A DNA stretch of 62,000 bases, from the NCBI GenBank assembly GCA_035269015.1, contig DATFJU010000027.1, positions 1 through 62,000 on the forward strand, written 5' to 3'. The notes beneath the pieces are model-generated. The model did no database searches, was not told where the DNA came from, and saw nothing but the letters and a program-made list of their open reading frames with translations. Origin of the DNA: Patescibacteria group bacterium (lineage in GTDB: Bacteria; Patescibacteriota; Patescibacteriia; Patescibacteriales; UBA12465). Shown here piece by piece: positions 56,031 through 62,000 of this stretch. The translations under genes were made by a program, and so were the position numbers. Every line of letters begins with the position of its first letter. Position 1 is the first letter of the stretch.

Positions 56031-57401
56031 ATGACAGCTAAAATTAAAGAAATATATTCTTGTAGTAAATGCGGCGCCCAGTCCTCTAAATGGAGTGGGC
56101 GTTGTCATGAGTGTGGTGCTTGGGGTACTATGGAATCTGAAATTAAAGAAGAAGAAAGTTCAAAAAAAACAGCTCGTGCACAAGCTAAACCTGCAGATAT
56201 AATTGATTTAAAAACATTAAAGGAAGAAGAGTTTAGTAAAATGAGTTTTTCTTGGTCTGAAGCAGAGAGAGTCTTGGGCGGTGGCATAGTTCCGGGGTCA
56301 CTAACTCTTTTTAGTGGAGAGCCTGGTATTGGTAAATCAACCATGTTAGCTCAAATAGCGGACAAATTAGCTAAGAATTATAAAGTTCTTTATGTTAGTG
56401 GTGAAGAATCTGCTGGGCAGGTAAAGTCACGACTGGAACGATTAAATTGTAGTATAGAAAATATTAAATTTGTTAGTGAAACTAATTTAGAAAAAATTGC
56501 TTCTTTGCTTAGTTCATATAAGCCAGATTTAGCTATAGTAGATTCTATCCAGACTATTCATTCTAGTGTTATTGAATCAGAGCCAGGCAATCTGTCACAA
56601 ATTAGGGGATGTGCTAGTCAGTTTTTGGAAATTAGTAAACAAGAAAATATTAGTATAATTTTAATTGGTCATATTACTAAAGACGGACAAGTGGCAGGTC
56701 CTAAGTCTTTAGAACATATTGTTGACACTGTTTTATATTTAGAGACAGATTTAAGTAATAATTATACTGTTTTAAAAAGCACAAAAAACCGCTTTGGCTC
56801 TACTTCTGAAATTGGTCTTTTTGAAATGACAAGCACTGGTTTCAAAGCAGTTGAAGAAAGTGTTGATATTTTCATCTCTAAAGAAATTAGTAATATGTCA
56901 GGTTCAGTTATTAGCTCAGTTATTGAAGGTACTAGACCCTTTCTTTTAGACATTCAAGCTTTAGTTAGTAAAACCATCTTTGGCTATCCACAAAGAAAGT
57001 CAGCAGGGTTTGATCTTAATAGATTGCAAGTTCTCACAGCTGTAATTAGTAAAAGAACTAAACTTAATTTAGTTGCTAAAGATATTGTTTTAAATATTGT
57101 GGGAGGACTTAAAATGAGTGATCCAGCTCTTGATTTAGCAGTGTGTTTAGCTATTATTTCCTCAGGCTTAGATTTGAAAATAGATAGGCAAACTCTTGTT
57201 TTAGGAGAAGTTGGATTAGGAGGGGAAGTGCGCTCTATTTCTAAAATAGATGCTAGAGTGAAGTCGGCTATAAAGTTAGGGTTCAAACAAATAATTATAC
57301 CTCAAAGTCAAGTTAAATTATTTAAAGATAATAAGACAAATAAAGGCGCTAGTATAATAGGTGTTAAAGAGATAAAGGATTTAATGGATATTTTTAAGTA
57401 A
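56031..57401 (+). CDS. radA: DNA repair/recombination protein RadA (Sms)
   Basis: Zinc finger CSKCGAQSSKWSGRCHECGAWG, Walker A GEPGIGKST, the KNRFG motif (TKNRFGSTSE) and a Lon-like C-terminal domain. Confidence 0.95.
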   Translation: MTAKIKEIYSCSKCGAQSSKWSGRCHECGAWGTMESEIKEEESSKKTARAQAKPADIIDLKTLKEEEFSKMSFSWSEAERVLGGGIVPGSLTLFSGEPGIGKSTMLAQIADKLAKNYKVLYVSGEESAGQVKSRLERLNCSIENIKFVSETNLEKIASLLSSYKPDLAIVDSIQTIHSSVIESEPGNLSQIRGCASQFLEISKQENISIILIGHITKDGQVAGPKSLEHIVDTVLYLETDLSNNYTVLKSTKNRFGSTSEIGLFEMTSTGFKAVEESVDIFISKEISNMSGSVISSVIEGTRPFLLDIQALVSKTIFGYPQRKSAGFDLNRLQVLTAVISKRTKLNLVAKDIVLNIVGGLKMSDPALDLAVCLAIISSGLDLKIDRQTLVLGEVGLGGEVRSISKIDARVKSAIKLGFKQIIIPQSQVKLFKDNKTNKGASIIGVKEIKDLMDIFK

Positions 57402-57407
57402 TAAAAA

Positions 57408-57440
57408 AGAGCGATTAAATAATCGCTCTGTTTGTTGTTT
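57408..57440. terminator. Bidirectional intrinsic terminator after radA
   Basis: AGAGCGATT-AAAT-AATCGCTCT, with an A-run upstream and a T-rich tract downstream. Confidence 0.75.
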
Positions 57441-57451
57441 GATGAGATAAT

Positions 57452-57790
57452 TTATGCGTTGGTAGATAAAACGTGTTTTTGTAAGTGTTTTTCTGTTGAA
57501 AGTGGTTTCTTTTTTGCTTTCTTTTTTCTTCCTCTTTTTGTTTTTTGGGCAAAATTAACAATGTCTTGTCTGACAACAGAATCCATAATTATTTTTTGTC
57601 TAACTTCACGAGGGCCTTTAATTTTTCCATTAATAATTGGATAGATTGTAACGTGTATCCCCCCTTTTTTTATTCTAGCTGAACATTTATCAACGTGTGC
57701 CATGCTAGTGTTTTTTTCATCTACTTGACAGGTGGGAAGAGATAATACTTTTTTAGTTTCTCCTAAGCTTAATTTTTTTTTACTCATCAT
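57452..57790 (-). CDS. Hypothetical small protein with a strongly basic C-terminal tail
   Basis: 112-aa ORF. The tail KTKRGRKKKAKKKP suggests nucleic-acid binding. No family recognised. Confidence 0.5.
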   Translation of the reverse strand: MMSKKKLSLGETKKVLSLPTCQVDEKNTSMAHVDKCSARIKKGGIHVTIYPIINGKIKGPREVRQKIIMDSVVRQDIVNFAQKTKRGRKKKAKKKPLSTEKHLQKHVLSTNA

Positions 57791-57875
57791 GACCTAAATT
57801 TTTTGAGTTAATACTAATAAATTGTAAAATAACTACAACTAGTATACATTAATATATTTTTAAGGTCAATTGATG

Positions 57876-57904
57876 TTGACACTTTAATTAATAAGTGTTA
57901 TAAT
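57876..57904 (+). promoter_or_regulatory. Consensus sigma70 promoter with an extended -10
   Basis: TTGACA (57876..57881), a 17-nt spacer ending in TGT, then TATAAT (57899..57904). Lies 57 nt before the ATG at 57961. Confidence 0.7.
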
Positions 57905-57960
57905 ATATATATAAAATAAAGTAAGGAATAAATAGAACATTCACAAAAAAATAAAATATC

Positions 57961-58257
57961 ATGAAAAAACAGAAAATGAAAAACGTATTGTTATTGTCAT
58001 TGCTTTTTTTATCAGGGTTATTAGTAGCTCTTAGCATCACTTCTATTATTTTAATAATAGCAGTCTCTTTCCAAAGTACAATTCCTGGTAATAGTTTTTT
58101 AGAGGAGGTAGCAAGATTTGCTTTTCTTAATCCTATTCTAAGCCTTTTTTTAACTATAATATCAGTAATATTTTTAGTACTACTAAAAAAACCTTTTAAA
58201 AACCTTTTAAAAAGAAATAAGATTGAAAAAAAATTAAATGAATTTTTTAGCGATTGA
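57961..58257 (+). CDS. Small membrane protein (2-3 TM helices)
   Basis: 98-aa hydrophobic ORF downstream of a consensus promoter and followed by a terminator. Confidence 0.6.
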   Translation: MKKQKMKNVLLLSLLFLSGLLVALSITSIILIIAVSFQSTIPGNSFLEEVARFAFLNPILSLFLTIISVIFLVLLKKPFKNLLKRNKIEKKLNEFFSD

Positions 58258-58274
58258 CAATAGTTTTCAACAAC

Positions 58275-58302
58275 AGGGGTCTAAATTTAGATCCCTTTTT
58301 TT
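58275..58302. terminator. Bidirectional terminator between the small membrane gene and recG
   Basis: AGGGGTCTAAA/TTTAGATCCCT hairpin (one G-U pair), followed by a T-run that overlaps the recG stop codon. Confidence 0.65.
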
Positions 58303-60352
58303 ATTGGTTTTTTATATATGTTTTAGCTTCGTCCTGAGCTTTTTTAATTAGTTCAAGGTCAAATAAAGAAGCAAACTTTAATTCAGGGAAACCACTTTGT
58401 ATGGTTCCATACATCTCACCTGAACCTCTTAGCTTTAAGTCTTCTTCAGCTATTTTAAAGCCATTATTATATCTTTCTAGTACTTGTAATCTTTCTTTGC
58501 TTTTAGTAGAAGAAATATTTGAAAGCATTAAAAAACAATATGATTTTTTATTGCTTCTACCCACTCTGCCTCTAAATTGATGAAGTTGAGCTAGTCCAAA
58601 TCTACTGGCATCCTCTATCATCATAACGGTAGCGTTTTTAATATCAACACCTACTTCAACTACAGAAGTACTAACTAAAATCTTAAATTTATTACTTAAA
58701 AAATCTTGCATAACTTTGGTTTTTTCTTCAGCTTTCATTTTACCGTGTAAAAAAGCAATATCTATATCAGGAAAAACATTTTCACTAAGATTTTTGTATT
58801 CTTCTTTAACAGATCTAACCCCTAGTTTATCTGACGGATCTACTAAAGGACAGATAACAAAAACTTGTTCATTGTTTTCTATTCTTTGTTTAATGAATTG
58901 ATGAACTTTGTATTTATTTTCTTCTGAAACTACTTTTGTGTTAATACTTTGTCTGTCTTTAGGTAAGGTTTTAATATTAGAGACATCTAAATGTCCATAG
59001 ATAGATAAGGCTAAAGAGCGAGGGATAGGAGTAGCTGTGAGGGAGAGGTAGTGAGGTGTGAGTTCGTCTGCACGTTTGGCTAGTTTTTGTCTTTGCTCAA
59101 CTCCAAAGCGATGTTGTTCATCTACAATAACTAAAGCTGGTTTTTCTATAGGAGTATCTTTTTGAATAAGGCTTTGTGTGCCAATAATTATATCAGCTTG
59201 AAAATATTTAGCCTTTTTTATTTGCTCTGCTTTTTTCTTTCCTTTTTTATTGTCTTCTTTTTCAGTTTGAGTGATAAAGTTAGATTTTTTAAAGCTTCTG
59301 GTATATAAACTAATTTTTATATTAAAATCTTTTAATAATCTCTGTATTGTTTGATAATGTTGCTGGGCTAGTATTTCTGTAGGAGCCATGAGCAAGGATT
59401 GTTCATGTTTAGCATGGTTTTTCTTTCTATTTAGGGCTGAATTTAAGAGTGCCATGCTAGCCACTACGGTTTTTCCACTACCAACATCCCCTTGTAGTAG
59501 TCTAGTCATTGGTTTTTTTGTTTCTATATCTTGCAGTATTTCCCAAGCAGATTGTTTTTGTTGAGGCATTAGCTTAAAGGGTAAACTTGAGACAAAGTTT
59601 TTAGTTTCTTCTTGTCGGAACTTAATAACAGGAGACTTTTTATTTTTAAGTTCGTGTCTTAGGGTTAATGATTTGATTTGTAGTCCAAAAAGTTCTTCAA
59701 AGGCTAAGCGCTTTTGTGCTTCTTTTATATCATTTTTGTCTTTAGGGAAGTGAATTTTTTCTATAGTATCTTTAATATCTAAAAGTTTTAGCCTTTTTTT
59801 GGTATCAAAAGGTAAACTATCCTCTAATTCTTTAGTTAGAGGCATTACTTGTTTTAATAAGTATCTTAGTTGTTTGTTAGTTATGCCCGCACTTAGGTGA
59901 TAGAAGGGAATTATACCTTGAGTGTGAATTAATTCTTGATTATTACCAATCTTTTCATAAACAGGGGAGCTTAAAGTTAATTGTCCATTTTTTTCCTCTA
60001 ATTTTCCACTTAAAGAAACACTGTCACCAGCTTTAAGGTTTCTACTTAAATAGGCTTGATTAAACCAAACCACTTTTATGGTCCCTGAGTCATCACTTAC
60101 TAGTGCTTCGGTAATGTTTAATCTTTTCTTAAAGCTTCTTTTGTTTTGGATAAGTTCTATTTCTCCTTGTATATTAGCTGTTTCACCAATTTTAAGTTGA
60201 GATATGCTCTTAGTTTTACCAATATCTTCATAGCGCCAAGGGAAGTAATATAATAAGTCCTCGACTGTTTCAATGTCTAGTTTAAATAGTTTATTACTAA
60301 TTATTTTGCCTACTCCTTTTAGTTGTGAGATTGAGCTGTTTAGATTTATCAT
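58301..60352 (-). CDS. recG: ATP-dependent DNA helicase RecG
   Basis: N-terminal wedge domain. Helicase motifs GDVGSGKT, DEQHRFG and SATPIPR, plus the TRG region QLHQFRGRVGR. Confidence 0.95.
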   Translation of the reverse strand: MINLNSSISQLKGVGKIISNKLFKLDIETVEDLLYYFPWRYEDIGKTKSISQLKIGETANIQGEIELIQNKRSFKKRLNITEALVSDDSGTIKVVWFNQAYLSRNLKAGDSVSLSGKLEEKNGQLTLSSPVYEKIGNNQELIHTQGIIPFYHLSAGITNKQLRYLLKQVMPLTKELEDSLPFDTKKRLKLLDIKDTIEKIHFPKDKNDIKEAQKRLAFEELFGLQIKSLTLRHELKNKKSPVIKFRQEETKNFVSSLPFKLMPQQKQSAWEILQDIETKKPMTRLLQGDVGSGKTVVASMALLNSALNRKKNHAKHEQSLLMAPTEILAQQHYQTIQRLLKDFNIKISLYTRSFKKSNFITQTEKEDNKKGKKKAEQIKKAKYFQADIIIGTQSLIQKDTPIEKPALVIVDEQHRFGVEQRQKLAKRADELTPHYLSLTATPIPRSLALSIYGHLDVSNIKTLPKDRQSINTKVVSEENKYKVHQFIKQRIENNEQVFVICPLVDPSDKLGVRSVKEEYKNLSENVFPDIDIAFLHGKMKAEEKTKVMQDFLSNKFKILVSTSVVEVGVDIKNATVMMIEDASRFGLAQLHQFRGRVGRSNKKSYCFLMLSNISSTKSKERLQVLERYNNGFKIAEEDLKLRGSGEMYGTIQSGFPELKFASLFDLELIKKAQDEAKTYIKNQ

Positions 60353-60380
60353 ATTTATATTATAGCAAGAAGGAGATGGA

Positions 60381-60414
60381 AATTAAATAAAACACAGCTT
60401 TTTAGCTGTGTTTT
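60381..60414 (-). terminator. Intrinsic terminator downstream of tRNA-Arg
   Basis: 11-bp stem AAAACACAGCT/AGCTGTGTTTT with a TTTT loop. T-rich on the minus strand after the hairpin. Confidence 0.7.
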
Positions 60415-60420
60415 AAAATG

Positions 60421-60492
60421 TGCCCTCACTAGGAATCGAACCTAGATTTCAAGATCCGCAATCTTGTGTTCTATCCGTTGAACTATGAGGAC
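60421..60492 (-). tRNA. tRNA-Arg, anticodon GCG
   Basis: Folded by hand into a full cloverleaf. Acceptor GTCCTCA/TGAGGGC, D arm GTTC-AACGGATA-GAAC, anticodon arm CAAGA-TTGCGGA-TCTTG, T arm CTAGG-TTCGATT-CCTAG, discriminator A. No encoded CCA. Confidence 0.85.
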
Positions 60493-60564
60493 TGCTGTTT
60501 ACTGTACAAAATAACAAAAGAAAAGTAAAGGGAAAGCATGTCCTCCCGTTTTTTAAATATTTAT

Positions 60565-61068
60565 CTATTGCAATTTTAGCATCCTAGCAATACTTTCTGA
60601 GACTGGTTCATGGTTTCTATCTAAATCTTCATCAAGGTATTGTAATAGATATCTTCTAACAATTAAAGGATCTTGCTCCATTAAAGGTATGGTCATTCTA
60701 TTTCTAAGATTGTTATTGAAAGTGAAGTAAAGATTTTTAATATCTTCTTTGGGTTTATAGACAATACTAAAATTTTTTATTTCATCATAATCATAGAATT
60801 TACTACCAATTACAGTTCCTTCCTCTTCTAAAATAAAGTCTATCATAAGAGCCTTTTTTTTGTCATAATAAAAAAGTAAAAAAGAACCTATAAGCATAAT
60901 AATGGTAAATAAATAGTTGGTTGTAACAATAGAGTATGTTAGTATGGCTAGTATTACAATAATTGCAATAATATACCAACGTTTATTTCTTTCAGGGCTG
61001 TCATATTCTGGAATTTTCCAATTTATTATGTTTTCTTGTTTATTTTCTTCGTTCATATAAATTGACAA
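60565..61068 (-). CDS. Hypothetical membrane protein (two TM helices plus a soluble C-terminal domain)
   Basis: 167-aa ORF. The start may be the ATG at 61056 (MNEENK...). No family recognised. Confidence 0.6.
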   Translation of the reverse strand: MSIYMNEENKQENIINWKIPEYDSPERNKRWYIIAIIVILAILTYSIVTTNYLFTIIMLIGSFLLFYYDKKKALMIDFILEEEGTVIGSKFYDYDEIKNFSIVYKPKEDIKNLYFTFNNNLRNRMTIPLMEQDPLIVRRYLLQYLDEDLDRNHEPVSESIARMLKLQ

Positions 61069-61212
61069 GTGAGTATATTTTTTATATATTAATTATAGCA
61101 TAATTATATTTATCTTTACAGGGCGAAGTTAGTTCGCTTTTATATTTATTAATATTTCTATATATCACAATGTATATAGTAATATAATATTTAGTATAGT
61201 ATATAATATCTA

Positions 61213-61301
61213 GGAGAGGTGCCGGAGCGGTCGAACGGGGCACCCTGCTAAGGTGTTGTACCCTTAACGGGGTACCGAGGGTTCGAATCCCTCCCTCTCC
61301 G
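61213..61301 (+). tRNA. tRNA-Ser, anticodon GCU (class II, long variable arm)
   Basis: Acceptor GGAGAGG/CCTCTCC, anticodon loop CTGCTAA, a long variable arm, T arm GAGGG-TTCGAAT-CCCTC, discriminator G. Confidence 0.9.
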
Positions 61302-61306
61302 CATTA

Positions 61307-61337
61307 GAACAGATCTAGTATTAGGTCTGTTTTTTTA
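61307..61337 (+). terminator. Intrinsic terminator after tRNA-Ser
   Basis: Stem AACAGATC/GGTCTGTT (one G-U pair), an 8-nt loop, then TTTTTTT. Confidence 0.7.
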
Positions 61338-61382
61338 TATAAGATTTTTATAAATTTTATATAGCATTTGTTATGCTAATAG

Positions 61383-62000
61383 TATAATAATATTAAAGAA
61401 TATATAAGTAAAAAAGATAATACAATTATACTACTTAAAGATAAAAAAGTTCGTCGTCACTTTGATGAAGACAAAGAACTTTGGTATTTTTCTATTATAG
61501 ATGTAGTTGAAATATTAACAGATTCTTCTATTCCTAAAAGATACTGGGCGGACTTAAAAAATAAGTTAAAAATTGAAGGAAGTGAAGTGTACGATAAAAT
61601 CGTACACTTGAAGATGCTATCGTTGGATGGTAAACAGCGAGAAACAGACTGTCTTTCTACAGAAAATCTATTACGTCTAATTCAATCTATACCATCGCCA
61701 AAAACAGAACCTTTTAAGATTTGGTTAGCTAAGGTAGGTTATGAAAGAATAGAGGAAATAGAAGATCCGGAACTAGCAATAGATAGAGCTATGGAGACTT
61801 ATTTAAAAAAGGGTTATTCTAAAGAATGGATTAATCAAAGACTCAAGACAATTGAAATTAGAAAAGATTTAACAGATGAGTGGCAAGAAAGGGGAGTTAA
61901 AAGAGGTCTGGATTTTGCTATTTTAACAAATTAAATAACTAAAGCGTGGTCTGATAAATATATAAAAGAATATAAAAAGTTTAAGAATCTTAAAAAGCAA
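61383..62000 (+). pseudogene. DinD / Bro-N-family (DNA-damage-inducible protein D-like) gene with no canonical start and an in-frame TAA
   Basis: The frame is open from 61383 and already encodes family-like sequence (RRHFDEDKELWYFSIIDVVEIL). There is no ATG/GTG/TTG before the GTG at 61587. The TAA at 61932..61934 interrupts ...FAILTN*ITKAWSDKYIKEYKKFKNLKKQ, which continues in the same frame to the window edge. Confidence 0.65.

Noticed and set aside
57432-57644. The 70-aa + strand ORF overlapping the minus-strand gene 57452..57790.
   Set aside because: It starts just inside the T-rich tail of the radA terminator, has no start-codon context, and encodes an F/L/C-rich peptide. The opposite-strand ORF is longer and is bounded by a terminator and a promoter region.
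60353-60370. A leaderless recG transcript, suggested by an extended -10 (TGcTATAAT) ending 6 nt before the ATG.
   Set aside because: TATAAT-like hexamers abut many start codons in this window as part of the general A/T-rich initiation context. There is no -35, and the motif sits immediately after the tRNA-Arg terminator. It cannot be distinguished from background without 5'-end mapping.

Overview
The window is AT-rich, densely coded bacterial chromosome using the standard code. TGA ends the ORFs at 13851, 18768 and 48526, and tryptophan is TGG. I infer a Candidate Phyla Radiation / Patescibacteria-type genome. The grounds are tight gene spacing, almost no Shine-Dalgarno sequences, fermentative PFOR plus ADP-forming acetyl-CoA synthetase, a CPR-type T4SS-pilin-like protein and a giant Cys-rich surface protein.

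Housekeeping genes on the + strand:
- glgA (5' end outside the window), ftsK, murE, rpoB, rpoC
- an SPFH protein, acd, murJ, lepA, recJ, rnhA
- xth, leuS, an MFS-like transporter, rsmA, radA

On the - strand:
- a RelE/RHH toxin-antitoxin pair with a textbook autoregulated promoter
- a dsbA-porG-porD-porA-X-porB operon
- an IS481-like element, recG and tRNA-Arg(GCG)

tRNA-Ser(GCU) lies on the + strand. A decayed DinD/Bro-N-like gene follows it at the 3' edge.

The most interesting region is about 21 kb between rsmA and radA (34805..56014). It contains:
- a Ca-binding-repeat protein
- a 2672-aa secreted protein with about 100 cysteines
- a self-contained lipoprotein cassette, the only gene here with a canonical SD
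- a minimal monoderm-type T4SS-like module: a VirB6/TrbL-like protein, a PrgI/VirB3-like protein, an apparently split VirB4 ATPase and a VirB8-position protein
- a membrane-anchored DsbA-like oxidoreductase

This region has no relaxase, coupling protein or integrase. The matching T4SS-pilin-like gene carries a 20-Cys domain. It sits about 18 kb away, wedged between porA and porB, in an operon that opens with a second DsbA-like gene.

No rRNA, CRISPR array or prophage was seen. All family assignments rest on motif recognition by eye and need HMM or structure confirmation.
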